Numbered from the stretch's first letter, positions 51,472 to 61,509 are shown. The stretch is DNA of 64,000 nt from Fidelibacterota bacterium (GCA_028140795.1 JAOIOW010000004.1:300-64299); one strand, 5' to 3'. The notes: a model not told the origin generated them from the letters alone. Numbers and translations: made by a program.

Positions 51472-53913
51472 TTGAGCTACGATCATAAATCCATAGAGAG
51501 TAGATGGCAAAAATTTTGGTCTGAAAATCAAACTTTTAAGTCCGAGGATATCTCTACCGATAAACCTAAATATTATGTTTTAGATATGTTTCCTTATCCG
51601 TCTGGGGCAGGACTACATGTCGGTCATGCTTTAGGGTATGTGGCAACAGATATAGTAGCTCGTTATAAGCGCATGAAAGGTTTTAATGTGCTTCATCCTA
51701 TGGGTTGGGATGCGTTTGGACTTCCAGCAGAGCAATATGCGATAAAAACAGGTACTCATCCGAAAGAAACAACTCATCAAAATATTTCAAATTTTAAAAA
51801 ACAGATTAATAGCCTTGGATTTTCTTATGATTGGTCAAGAGAAATTAATACAACCGATCCTAATTATTACAAATGGACTCAATGGATTTTTATGCAACTT
51901 TACAATAAAGGCTTAGCTTATGAACAAGAAGTTGCTGTTAATTGGTGTCCTGAGCTAAAAGCAGTCCTTGCTAACGAAGAAGTTGTTAACGGAAAATCAG
52001 ATATTGGCGGACATCCTGTAGTAAGATTACCAATGAGACAATGGATTTTAAAGATTACTGACTATGCAGAGTCATTACTTGATGGATTGGATGATTTAGA
52101 TTGGCCAGAAAATATTAAAGAACTTCAAAAAAATTGGATTGGTAAATCAGAGGGAGTAGAATTAGGGTTTGATATTGATGGACATAATGATACTATCAAT
52201 GTATACACTACAAGACCTGACACTCTTTTTGGAGCATCTTATATGGTTTTAGCTCCAGAGCATACCTTAATTCATTCAATTGTCACAGATGAGCAAAGAT
52301 CAAAAGTGGAAGCTTACATTGAGGAAACAAAAAAGAAATCAGATTTTGATAGAACAGAAGTAAATAAGGATAAAACTGGTGTTTTTACTGGAAGCTATGC
52401 AATAAATCCTTTCAGCAAAGAAAAAATTGAAATATGGATAGCTGACTATGTACTGATTAGTTATGGAACTGGTGCTATTATGGCTGTTCCTGGTCATGAC
52501 GAAAGAGATTGGGAGTTTGCATCAAAATATAATCTTCCTATAGTAGAAGTTGTTGAGGGAGGCGATGTATCAAAAGCTGCATACACTGCAAAAGGAAATG
52601 CCAAAATTATAAACTCTTCAAACGATAAAACATTATCCATGGATGGTTTAAGCGTAGATCAAGCAATAAAGGAAGCAATTTTATTTATTGAAAAAAATTC
52701 AATCGGAAAAGCCACTGTTAATTATAAATTAAGAGATTGGTTATTTTCAAGACAAAGATATTGGGGAGAGCCATTTCCATTAATTCATAAAGACGATTCA
52801 GTAGAGTTGATTCAGGAAAAAGATTTGCCAGTAATGCTTCCTGAAGTTGAAAATTATAAACCATCAAATGATGGTAAGTCTCCATTATCATTAGTTAAAA
52901 ATTGGGTTGAAGTAAAAGATGAAAGTGGTAATATTATTGGACTTAGAGAAACTAATACTATGCCTCAATGGGCTGGATCTTGTTGGTATTTTTTAAGATT
53001 TACAGATCCTAATAACACAATTGAAGCATGGTCAAAAGAAAGAGAAAACTATTGGATGCCAGTAGATTTATATATTGGCGGACAAGAGCATGCAGTACTT
53101 CATTTATTGTACGCAAGATTTTGGCATCATGTATTATATGATTTAGACCTAGTATCGACTAAAGAACCATTTAAAAAACTATATAATCAAGGAATGATTT
53201 TGGGAGATGATGGCACAAAAATGAGCAAATCTCGAGGAAATGTAATAAATCCAGAAGAGATTATGGATGAATACGGTTCAGATTCTATGAGGCTTTATGA
53301 GATGTTTATGGGGCCATTAAACAAATCAAAACCTTGGAGCACTAAAGGTTTGCAAGGATGTTATAGATTTGTAAATAAATTATGGTCAATTATAGTAGAT
53401 GAAAATGGTAATTTGTCCTCGAAGATTGTTGATAATGATGAAGAGGATAAAGACACATTATTTTTACACCATCAAACAATTAAAAAATTAGGCGAAGATA
53501 TTGAAAACCTACATTTTAATACTGCAGTATCTCAACTCATGATTTATTGCAATCATTTGCAGAAATGTAGTACAGTTTCTAAAAAGCTTATCGAGGAGCT
53601 GGTTATTATACTAAGCCCATTTGTTCCTCATCTTTCTGAAGAGTTTTGGAGTTTGCTAGGTCATTCTGAAACCATTACATATCAGCCATGGCCACAGTTT
53701 GATGAAAGTTTGATACAATTAGATGAAGTTACTATTGCTGTTCAGGTAAATGGCAAGCTTAGAGCTAATATTAATATAGCTAAAGATTCAGATGAGAAAG
53801 ATGTTATTTCTGAAGCAATGTCATTAGAAAATGTTAAAAAATTTACTTCCGATGGTAACATAGTTAAAACGATTTATGTTCCAAATAGACTCTTAAATTT
53901 TGTCGTTAAGTAG
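51472..53913 (+). CDS. leuS: Leucine--tRNA ligase
   Basis: MFPYPSG.GLHVGH, TTRPDT editing domain, [20 protein letters not shown]. Confidence 0.98.
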   Translation: MSYDHKSIESRWQKFWSENQTFKSEDISTDKPKYYVLDMFPYPSGAGLHVGHALGYVATDIVARYKRMKGFNVLHPMGWDAFGLPAEQYAIKTGTHPKETTHQNISNFKKQINSLGFSYDWSREINTTDPNYYKWTQWIFMQLYNKGLAYEQEVAVNWCPELKAVLANEEVVNGKSDIGGHPVVRLPMRQWILKITDYAESLLDGLDDLDWPENIKELQKNWIGKSEGVELGFDIDGHNDTINVYTTRPDTLFGASYMVLAPEHTLIHSIVTDEQRSKVEAYIEETKKKSDFDRTEVNKDKTGVFTGSYAINPFSKEKIEIWIADYVLISYGTGAIMAVPGHDERDWEFASKYNLPIVEVVEGGDVSKAAYTAKGNAKIINSSNDKTLSMDGLSVDQAIKEAILFIEKNSIGKATVNYKLRDWLFSRQRYWGEPFPLIHKDDSVELIQEKDLPVMLPEVENYKPSNDGKSPLSLVKNWVEVKDESGNIIGLRETNTMPQWAGSCWYFLRFTDPNNTIEAWSKERENYWMPVDLYIGGQEHAVLHLLYARFWHHVLYDLDLVSTKEPFKKLYNQGMILGDDGTKMSKSRGNVINPEEIMDEYGSDSMRLYEMFMGPLNKSKPWSTKGLQGCYRFVNKLWSIIVDENGNLSSKIVDNDEEDKDTLFLHHQTIKKLGEDIENLHFNTAVSQLMIYCNHLQKCSTVSKKLIEELVIILSPFVPHLSEEFWSLLGHSETITYQPWPQFDESLIQLDEVTIAVQVNGKLRANINIAKDSDEKDVISEAMSLENVKKFTSDGNIVKTIYVPNRLLNFVVK

Positions 53914-54561
53914 ATCTGTACCTTTTGACATAATCCAGATTGTACCAAGTAAACTTAACACAGCAACCTTTTGATATGTTGCGTGAAGAGTTAAAGTTTC
54001 AATAGATTTCCAAGGAGGAGGTCCTATTTCAAGAAATACTATATATCCTAATACAACTATTGAGCATAATAAAAGGGAGTAAGTAACGTTTTTTAGGCCT
54101 TTTGTATAAAAAAGATAACCATATATACTTAAAGTCACAAAAGAGCAGTTAAATACCGAATTTGCAAATAAAATATGAAGAAAATACAATGAAGGAACAT
54201 CTGCAGGGGTTAAGATTACCCCAAGTAAGCTAATAGATCCAATTGCAGCGGAAATCTTAGCCAAAATAGTTATTTTTGGTTTATCATTTTTAAAATAATC
54301 TGCTGCATTGTATAAAAAATAGAAAGCACCAAATACTTGAATAAGCATACCAATTATAAAAAAAGATAAAGATATAGTATTATCGTCACCAGAATGGCTA
54401 GTAGTTCTTCCTAAATCGCTTATAAAATTAGTAAAGAAATTATAGTAGGGTGTTTGTTTATTAATATAATTACCGCCACCATAAAAAATTGCAGCAGTAG
54501 TTAGACAACCGAGGAAGGATAGAATAATTACTCTTGAATTTTTTCCTAAGTTTTTTCTCAT
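53893..54561 (-). CDS. DUF998-like membrane protein
   Basis: YNFF.NFISDLG motif, several TM helices, H...A, QK. Confidence 0.6.
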   Translation of the reverse strand: MRKNLGKNSRVIILSFLGCLTTAAIFYGGGNYINKQTPYYNFFTNFISDLGRTTSHSGDDNTISLSFFIIGMLIQVFGAFYFLYNAADYFKNDKPKITILAKISAAIGSISLLGVILTPADVPSLYFLHILFANSVFNCSFVTLSIYGYLFYTKGLKNVTYSLLLCSIVVLGYIVFLEIGPPPWKSIETLTLHATYQKVAVLSLLGTIWIMSKGTDLLNDKI

Positions 54562-54599
54562 ATTTATCTAATTATACATAATATATATTATGCGCAAAA

Positions 54600-56201
54600 T
54601 TATATATTATCTAAATATTTCTCCTTATATGTTTTGTTATCATCAATATTATTATAATTTTTAACTAAATTTAAAAAATCTACAGTTTCTAAAGCTTTCA
54701 CAAAAACACTATCCGTTCTATGCTCAAATGTAATGAAGTTAAGAAATCTGTTTGTATCTTCATGTATATATGGAGCAATTAAATTTAAATGCTTTTCTTT
54801 AAATTCTGAAAATTCATTATCATCTAATAAATGTCTAACTATCGATGTTGTTTCATTGTTTAATTGCTGTTTTTTTGAAGTGATCAAAGTAACTTCAACT
54901 AACCAATAAATTTCTTTTGAATTATTTGAATAAACATAAATATCGCCCTGTCTGCTTGCATAATGAAGAGGAATTCCTTTTGAATCTGTTTTGTAACTTG
55001 GTTTTATATAAAATTGATCTCCATACTTAATATAAAGCAAAAGAGATATTAGAAGCTCAAACAACAATGGAGTTCTTTTTAATGAAACTGGATTTTTTCT
55101 TTTTAGTGTCTCTATAGGAAAATACTTATTAAACTTTCCTCCATTGCTAATATATTTAATTGCTTCAATTAATTGATCTTCATCTACATTGAATTCTCGA
55201 ACTAAATTATGTAATTGAGTATTAACGTCAATTATGTCTGGTTCTGGAACTTTTACATCAAAGATATCTTTAAATTCTCTACTGTAAGTTCCTAGTTTTT
55301 CAAAATATAATTTTTTATCGGTTTTTTCTTCTTCAATTAGAACGAAATCAATTTCTGCAAGCTTTTCAATCATTTCTTTTTGATTATCATTTAAACTGTA
55401 AACATATTGATTATTTGTAATAAAACCGCAAATAGTAAGCATTCTTAATATAGAGTCCGGATAGTCTTTATAATATGTTGTTTCACTCAGGATTTTAAAG
55501 TGACTTCCAATATCATTTTGTATATCTAAAAGTAAACTTTTTAGCGTATCACTGTCGGGAATTGTATTTTCTTCGATTGTTTCTAAAAAATCATCGACAT
55601 CGCCATCAATTGAAAATGTTGAAAGAACAAATTGATTATATGACAACCTATTTGTCTCTTTTTGCAACAAAACTTTTAAAAGAAATCTAAAATAATTAAA
55701 ATCATTACCAATTTTAGATGATGCCCTGTATGGATTCCTCCTATTGTGCTTTATTGCCTGCATTGCAAAAACTTGCTGTTCAGTTAATTCGTTATTTATA
55801 AACATATTTCCAACTTCAGAAAATTCAAGGATTCCATTGTACTCAGCATATATCAATCCAAACTCACGAGGAATCCAAGTATAATTATGAAATCTTGCAA
55901 TATGTCCCCTACCTGTACTTTCACCTGGAAAACCACCAATTGCTTTTCTACCTGAGTGAATATTAATCACCCTATCTCTAATACTATCAATTGTATCTTC
56001 ATCGGTTAGTTGCAAATGATCAGAGCTTGGAAGGAATGGATTATTTCTTGATTCTAGCATTAATTTACATACAATATTAGTTATAGTTTCATCATCGAGA
56101 GTTTGACCATCATATTCTTTAATTATTGTTAGAATGTCTTTAAATCTCTCAGGATTTCTCATTGATGTATCTAAAGATAGCTGTTTATAAGGATGTGGCA
56201 T
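54600..56201 (-). CDS. AlwI family Type IIS restriction endonuclease
   Basis: N-terminal LSLDTSMRNPER signature; C-terminal D..GIP...A...GDI...VEVTL catalytic motif as in AlwI/Nt.BstNBI-type enzymes. Confidence 0.85.
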   Translation of the reverse strand: MPHPYKQLSLDTSMRNPERFKDILTIIKEYDGQTLDDETITNIVCKLMLESRNNPFLPSSDHLQLTDEDTIDSIRDRVINIHSGRKAIGGFPGESTGRGHIARFHNYTWIPREFGLIYAEYNGILEFSEVGNMFINNELTEQQVFAMQAIKHNRRNPYRASSKIGNDFNYFRFLLKVLLQKETNRLSYNQFVLSTFSIDGDVDDFLETIEENTIPDSDTLKSLLLDIQNDIGSHFKILSETTYYKDYPDSILRMLTICGFITNNQYVYSLNDNQKEMIEKLAEIDFVLIEEEKTDKKLYFEKLGTYSREFKDIFDVKVPEPDIIDVNTQLHNLVREFNVDEDQLIEAIKYISNGGKFNKYFPIETLKRKNPVSLKRTPLLFELLISLLLYIKYGDQFYIKPSYKTDSKGIPLHYASRQGDIYVYSNNSKEIYWLVEVTLITSKKQQLNNETTSIVRHLLDDNEFSEFKEKHLNLIAPYIHEDTNRFLNFITFEHRTDSVFVKALETVDFLNLVKNYNNIDDNKTYKEKYLDNI

Positions 56202-56935
56202 TATTTATTAAGTTCTATTATAATATCTTTCATATCCAAGGACTTCGAAAATGGTATAACTAAATATTCTGATTTTTTATTGATTAATTCAAGGCTATAA
56301 ATATCTTGTGGTACAAAATCTTTTTTTATAGATATTTCTCTGTCACCCATCATAGTCCATGTCGCTCCTCCTGTAAGATAAACTTCAAGATTGTTAGATT
56401 TGAGTTTTTTATAAAATAAATCAACAGAAAATGGATAAAGTACTCTACCGTAAAAATCTTTTTTAATTTCATTCGGTTTATATTCATTTACATAAGGTCC
56501 AATAACATCAAATTGATACTTAGGGTGGCATAAAGCAAATTCCAAGCCTTTAAATGGAAAGGAAGATCTAATTTCCATGGTCTTGTTGGTTTTTACAATT
56601 TTAATATCTATCTGATTATTAGGATCATCATAAATTGTAGATTCTGCAATTATATTCACCTTATTTAAAAAATGAATCCATAATTTTTCAGCTAAAATTC
56701 CGGCAATTGAATTCATAAATACTTGAGTGCTACTTCTACTGTATGTACTTAAGTTTGCTGACTTAGGATTAACTGCATTGCTCAACTCTTTCGCATCATC
56801 AATACAATTATCTAAGAAAGTTTTGTCTTCTTCATCCTGATAGTTAAAAATATATTCAATAACAGTAAATGGATGTTTACGCATAGAAGATTCACTGTAC
56901 TTTAAACAATCAATTTTTTTCGATGAAAATTTCAT
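56201..56935 (-). CDS. Putative PD-(D/E)XK nuclease / accessory restriction subunit
   Basis: G.LAE helix, QIDI, MEIRSS pattern; translationally coupled between MTase and REase. Confidence 0.5.
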   Translation of the reverse strand: MKFSSKKIDCLKYSESSMRKHPFTVIEYIFNYQDEEDKTFLDNCIDDAKELSNAVNPKSANLSTYSRSSTQVFMNSIAGILAEKLWIHFLNKVNIIAESTIYDDPNNQIDIKIVKTNKTMEIRSSFPFKGLEFALCHPKYQFDVIGPYVNEYKPNEIKKDFYGRVLYPFSVDLFYKKLKSNNLEVYLTGGATWTMMGDREISIKKDFVPQDIYSLELINKKSEYLVIPFSKSLDMKDIIIELNK

Positions 56936-57840
56936 TAATAATTTGTTACAAGAACCTCTTTAAATGATTTAATACTATTATCATGATAAGCGATGTAATT
57001 ACTCTTAACATTGTGAGAATTATATTGTTTACTCCAGCTCAAGAATGATTCATTTATTCTTCCTTTGTAATGAGTAACATTTGATATGGCAAATCGAATA
57101 CCTTTCTCATTTAATTTATCTAATAAGTTAAGCAGTCTCTCCTCCTCTTCTTGATTCCAATATTTATTGTACTCACTAAATGTTATAAGATATGGAGGAT
57201 CTAAATAAATAAAATCTTTATTAGATAAAGTAATTTTATCAAAAAATGACTCAAAATCTAATGAATACCAAGTTATATCTTTGGTTGGAATAGTATTAAA
57301 ATATCCATTTAAAGCATTGTAAACATTTGAATTAAAATCAACATTACCAACAGGAATATTAAAATTACCTTCTTTATTAAATCGCAACATACGATTAAAG
57401 CCATAAATCATTAAAATATAGAGCTTTAAGAGATCAACCTTATCACTTGTATTAAAATTGTTTTTTAAGCGGTTATACCCTTCTTTATTAAATTTTGAAT
57501 AATATGTCTTTACAAACTCTTTCTTTAGTTTGATTGGAACAATATCTTTTAGGTAAGAGTGAGATAATCCGTATTCCATAATGATTTTTTCTACATTTTT
57601 AAAAAATAGCTCTGGGTTAACAGATTGTTTTGATAAATATTGATGAATATCAATTACTGTATTATCAAGATCGTTTAATAAATATTTTTTTGCATTGACG
57701 TTTAGAAAAACTGATCCACCGCCAACAAAAGGCTCAATGAATTGATTAATATCGTTAGGGAAATAGGTAGTTATTTCAGGTAATAATTTATATTTATCAC
57801 CAACATAAAATAGCGGAGATCTTAAAAATTTATTTTTCAT
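56935..57840 (-). CDS. Dam-like (D12 class) N6-adenine DNA methyltransferase (M2)
   Basis: SPLFYVGDK, FIEPFVGGGSV, FN.PVG, YLDPPY, EVLVTNY. Confidence 0.93.
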   Translation of the reverse strand: MKNKFLRSPLFYVGDKYKLLPEITTYFPNDINQFIEPFVGGGSVFLNVNAKKYLLNDLDNTVIDIHQYLSKQSVNPELFFKNVEKIIMEYGLSHSYLKDIVPIKLKKEFVKTYYSKFNKEGYNRLKNNFNTSDKVDLLKLYILMIYGFNRMLRFNKEGNFNIPVGNVDFNSNVYNALNGYFNTIPTKDITWYSLDFESFFDKITLSNKDFIYLDPPYLITFSEYNKYWNQEEEERLLNLLDKLNEKGIRFAISNVTHYKGRINESFLSWSKQYNSHNVKSNYIAYHDNSIKSFKEVLVTNY

Positions 57841-58837
57841 TTACTTTCGTTATAAATAGATATTCTTTATGATCTTTAAAATCAGTTTTTCCTGCATTAA
57901 AAAATTTATGAGGAGCATTAAAAACTTTGGTTTGTCCTTTACTTTTAAGGACTTCTTTAATTTCTTCAAGTTTAATTTTGTTTTCTGAAGAACTACTCTT
58001 TGATGAATATGTGTTATTGTATGAAACAACTAAGTATTTTGCATTCAAGTCATTAACAAGCTCCTTAAATGCATTTAAAGCAGTAATTCTACAATACTTA
58101 CTCATATTTTCTGCTTCGGGTTTTAAAGCTACACCAAAGAGTTCGGGTTTTTTCCATTGAACAAGGTTCTCATAAATATGATAAAAACGACTATATTGTC
58201 TTGAATTATAAGGTGGGTCTATATAAACAATATCAGTATTAATTTTCTTTGCTAAAATATTTGCATCCTCTCTAAAAATTTTGACATTCCTAACTTTCCT
58301 TGAATTTATACTTTTAAAAACTAATTCTCTTTTTGGAATTGGTTTTTTTATATAAGCATCAAAATGACCAACTGTATTTGATACTCTATCAATATTATAA
58401 ATTAATGTAGTAAGCAAGATTGAAAGCTCTTTATTATTAAATTTTGATTTATTTTTGTTTATTTCTTCACGAATAAACCCAATTTTTTTTGCATGATTAT
58501 GGTCAAAAAATTTTCCTCCAAAATTTTTAGAAAAATAATTCTCTGAAATTTTATCACTTTCAATAGAGTTCCAACGATCAATTAATTTATTGATTTTAAG
58601 TTTATCATAATTTTCATTATCAAAAAATGCATTATAGAATACCTCGTTTGAAAAAAGAAAATCATTTATAATTACTTTTTCAAAAATTTCTATAGCTTTT
58701 TTTGAAACAATACCAGTTCCAGCAAAAATATCACAAAAGGATTTACAATCACGAGTCTGGCTATTTATGCATTCAAATATCCAATCAGATAGTTGAGTTT
58801 TACTGCCAATATATCTTCTATTTTCAATTTCAATCAT
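57830..58837 (-). CDS. N6-adenine DNA methyltransferase (M1, FokI/AlwI-type N-terminal domain)
   Basis: RRYIGSK, DIFAGTG, YIDPPYNSRQY, SYNN, EYLF. Confidence 0.92.
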   Translation of the reverse strand: MIEIENRRYIGSKTQLSDWIFECINSQTRDCKSFCDIFAGTGIVSKKAIEIFEKVIINDFLFSNEVFYNAFFDNENYDKLKINKLIDRWNSIESDKISENYFSKNFGGKFFDHNHAKKIGFIREEINKNKSKFNNKELSILLTTLIYNIDRVSNTVGHFDAYIKKPIPKRELVFKSINSRKVRNVKIFREDANILAKKINTDIVYIDPPYNSRQYSRFYHIYENLVQWKKPELFGVALKPEAENMSKYCRITALNAFKELVNDLNAKYLVVSYNNTYSSKSSSSENKIKLEEIKEVLKSKGQTKVFNAPHKFFNAGKTDFKDHKEYLFITKVNEK

Positions 58838-59312
58838 ATTTATTTGGTTTTACTCCGTAAATCTCATGATGAATATGGTAACCTTTATTAAAAAGCTCAA
58901 AATGTATTTTATTTAATTTTTTAAATTTATTATCGACTTTTACAGCATCTTCTTTTGAATCGCTTGATAAAAATCTATAAAAACATCTTTCTAAATTTAT
59001 GGAAACATCCTTTCGTTTCTCATTATTATTTCTACCTGATCTAACGCCACCATAATCATATAATACAAGCGTATTCATTCTTGATAATGCATTTTTGCTT
59101 TCTCCGAACAATAATGGAACAAATCTATTTTCAATTTTTAAGAATAATTCATAAACGCCTGGACCTTCTTTTATATCTTGATCCCTCAATAAATCTTTTA
59201 GATTTCTGAATTTTGGATTAGGAAACTTTTTTTTATGCGACCAGGGTAAATTATTCAATTCATTTAATAAATCCTTAAAATCCTTATCTACTAATGTTGG
59301 GTGTTTTAACAT
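58830..59312 (-). CDS. GIY-YIG-like nuclease domain protein
   Basis: PGVYEL...LLFGESKN..SRM pattern; overlaps M1 start. Confidence 0.55.
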   Translation of the reverse strand: MLKHPTLVDKDFKDLLNELNNLPWSHKKKFPNPKFRNLKDLLRDQDIKEGPGVYELFLKIENRFVPLLFGESKNALSRMNTLVLYDYGGVRSGRNNNEKRKDVSINLERCFYRFLSSDSKEDAVKVDNKFKKLNKIHFELFNKGYHIHHEIYGVKPNKYD

Positions 59313-59341
59313 TATAAATTTAAAAATTACCTGATATTTTT

Positions 59342-59389
59342 AGTACCTGTTGCAAAATTGGAGAGAAACAAAAATCTACAACAGGTACT
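59342..59389. repeat. Perfect 11-bp inverted repeat with 26-nt spacer
   Basis: AGTACCTGTTG (59342-59352) / CAACAGGTACT (59379-59389). Confidence 0.85.
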
Positions 59390-59420
59390 TTTCCATGGAT
59401 GTGTGGCACTATGGTTGGCA

Positions 59421-60509
59421 TTAATCGTTAGCTTTATTATTTTCAATGTGATTAATTAAAGTATCTATTTTTTTCTCCAATAATTGGTTACGATTTTTAA
59501 GATCTAAAAATGTTTTTTCAATTTTTTCTTCAAAAGTTTTCTTTAGATTTTTTTCTGATTCAAACACAGATTTTGTGATAATATTATCATTAATTTGATT
59601 TTTTAAATCATCAATTTTTTTTAATGATTTTTTATCAATCTTTTTAAAATTACCTTCCAAATTTTCTTGATTTTTTTTACGAAAATGAAACTCATAATTC
59701 TCAATAAATCTTTTTAGTGACTTACTTATAGAATCAGTTATTTTATCGAAATCCTCAATATTATAATTATAGGTTCTGCTATTAGCTGGATTAAGAAAAT
59801 TATTAAAGCTCTCTATTCCTTTTTTAACTCTTTCAAGTCTTTTGTTTGATATTGCTTTAAATCTTTCATATTTAAATGTATCGTCGGAGTGGAAAATTGT
59901 ATTTGAAATTACATTACATTCAAACATTATTTCTAAATCTGAATCTTTATTCGAAGCTTTAAAATCATATCTATTTATTTTTCCATTATTTTTTTTAACA
60001 ACATCTTGTTTTACTTCATCAAATAAATATTCAAGGACATATTTGACCTTATTTTCCATTATATCTGATGCTTCTTGATTCCAATACTCTTTATTTTCAT
60101 GATCTGACATTCCTAAAGTTATTATAATCACATTTTGTCCAATTGGATGAAGATGAATATTTGGATTGCTAGTATCTTTTGATCTAAGTTTTTTTATCAT
60201 CATTTTAATATAATGCATAAACATTCTTACTTCTGTATTAAGTGATAATTGCTCATCAAACTCTTTTTTACCGTCATGAAATGGAATCTTCATATCAGGA
60301 TTATTATAAAAAGAATAAAGTTTTCTAAAATCCTTGGTTGTAATATGTAAATTTTGATTATTTCTATCAAATCCGTTATCTGAAGCATTTGAAATTTGAT
60401 TGTCACCAAAAAAGAATGCTTTATTTTTATTATTTCTTTCCATTATTGAAGAAATTCTTTTTTTTATATCTACTTTGTTTGTCAATTTACCTGTTGCGCT
60501 ATTAATCAT
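59421..60509 (-). CDS. Hypothetical protein with C-terminal coiled coil
   Basis: 362-aa ORF; heptad-rich C-terminus; weak YDF...MFECN nuclease-like pattern. Confidence 0.6.
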   Translation of the reverse strand: MINSATGKLTNKVDIKKRISSIMERNNKNKAFFFGDNQISNASDNGFDRNNQNLHITTKDFRKLYSFYNNPDMKIPFHDGKKEFDEQLSLNTEVRMFMHYIKMMIKKLRSKDTSNPNIHLHPIGQNVIIITLGMSDHENKEYWNQEASDIMENKVKYVLEYLFDEVKQDVVKKNNGKINRYDFKASNKDSDLEIMFECNVISNTIFHSDDTFKYERFKAISNKRLERVKKGIESFNNFLNPANSRTYNYNIEDFDKITDSISKSLKRFIENYEFHFRKKNQENLEGNFKKIDKKSLKKIDDLKNQINDNIITKSVFESEKNLKKTFEEKIEKTFLDLKNRNQLLEKKIDTLINHIENNKAND

Positions 60510-60729
60510 TTAATCTGTTCTCCTCAATTAATTCATCTATATCAAAAATTTTGTCTCTCCTATATCTTGCAAGTAAATCTTCAATCATTTGATTCATTAA
60601 TCTTATATCGCTATTATCTTTTAAATCAGCTAAAAGATTTAATGATTCTAATTTGTATTGCAAACCGTACATAATAACTCTAAGAGTTAAACCTTTTTTG
60701 ACTTCATCTTTTATTATTTTTGTTTCCAT
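60502..60729 (-). CDS. Small ribbon-helix-helix-like protein
   Basis: SD GGAGG; beta-strand GLTLRV followed by two amphipathic helices (LQYKLESL; LMNQMIEDLLARY); overlaps next gene by 8 nt. Confidence 0.5.
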   Translation of the reverse strand: METKIIKDEVKKGLTLRVIMYGLQYKLESLNLLADLKDNSDIRLMNQMIEDLLARYRRDKIFDIDELIEENRLND

Positions 60730-60980
60730 CTATTTCCTCCAATTGTTTATTTATCTACGAGATTAAATTTTTTTTGTTCCCAATTTTATTGTTATTTATA
60801 TAAAATAATAAATAATGAGAAAAAAAAATTACTATTCTATTGATTTTTTATATCCAGATTAATATATTTTTATCTCGACAAATTTAATTTTGATTCATTT
60901 TTAAATAAATTTCAAAGTTAAATCTGATATGCAAATTATTATTATTTTACAAAGTAATCAAGATATATTTTTACTCAAAA

Positions 60981-61331
60981 TCAATTTTTTTTAATTTTTA
61001 ATGGTTTTTCTAATGTTAATTCCAAAAATCTTCTTTGTCCTGGTATTCTATACCCTTTCGCAATAGACCGTATTTCTGTTATTCTAAATATTGCTTTGGG
61101 TCCTGATTCATATCTGCAAATAAATTGAATAGTCCAATTTTCTTTCTTTAATGTTTGTCGTGAAATTAGTTCGTAAGGAAATTTTGCATGTGATCCACAT
61201 TCACACCCAAAACCAGTATCAATTAATAGCTTTGCACTACCTTTATTTTTAACCTCTTTTATTATGTTGAATCTTTTTTCCCATAACATAAGACCATACT
61301 TTAAGTTTAAATTATCTATGAATAAATCCAT
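60981..61331 (-). CDS. Hypothetical basic protein downstream of structured RNA
   Basis: Strong SD AAGGAG 5 nt before ATG; 116 aa with CECGSH motif. Confidence 0.65.
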   Translation of the reverse strand: MDLFIDNLNLKYGLMLWEKRFNIIKEVKNKGSAKLLIDTGFGCECGSHAKFPYELISRQTLKKENWTIQFICRYESGPKAIFRITEIRSIAKGYRIPGQRRFLELTLEKPLKIKKN

Positions 61332-61360
61332 TCTTACTCCTTTTGTTAGTCAGAACGGAA

Positions 61361-61475
61361 ATAAAAAAGCCCTCATCAGAGGGCTTCAGATATTTTCAGC
61401 ATTGCTGCTCATCTGTCACTTGACAAACCACCGTGGCTAAAGCTCGGTTGGTGGGATTACTCCCGTCCTGATGAT
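61361..61475 (-). ncRNA. Candidate structured leader / small RNA ending in intrinsic terminator
   Basis: GC-rich patch with hairpins GGGA-GUAA-UCCC, ACCAACCG/CGGUGGU, UGUC-AAGU-GACA, AGCA-GCAA-UGCU inside CAGAU/AUCUG, then AAGCCCUC-UGAU-GAGGGCUUUUUU. Confidence 0.6.
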
Positions 61476-61480
61476 AGTCA

Positions 61481-61509
61481 ATATTATAAATTATGGAACA
61501 TTTTTGCAA
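61481..61509 (-). promoter_or_regulatory. Putative sigma-70 promoter for the structured RNA
   Basis: Minus strand TTGCAA, then TATAAT (15-nt spacer) or overlapping TAATAT (17-nt spacer). Confidence 0.45.

Noticed and set aside
59342-59420. Integron attC site
   Set aside because: No matching RYYYAAC/GTTRRRY core pair, no other copies and no integron integrase.
61395-61416. Hammerhead ribozyme core (CAGAUGA-stem-GAAA on minus strand)
   Set aside because: CAGAUGA instead of CUGAUGA, an extra U before GAAA, and no stem III/cleavage triplet can be formed.
61361-61475. Retron msr-msd (terminal complementary arms)
   Set aside because: No reverse transcriptase ORF in the window.
61494-61509. Sigma-54-like TGGAAC...TTGCA on plus strand
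   Set aside because: GG-to-GC spacing is one base short of the strict -24/-12 requirement.
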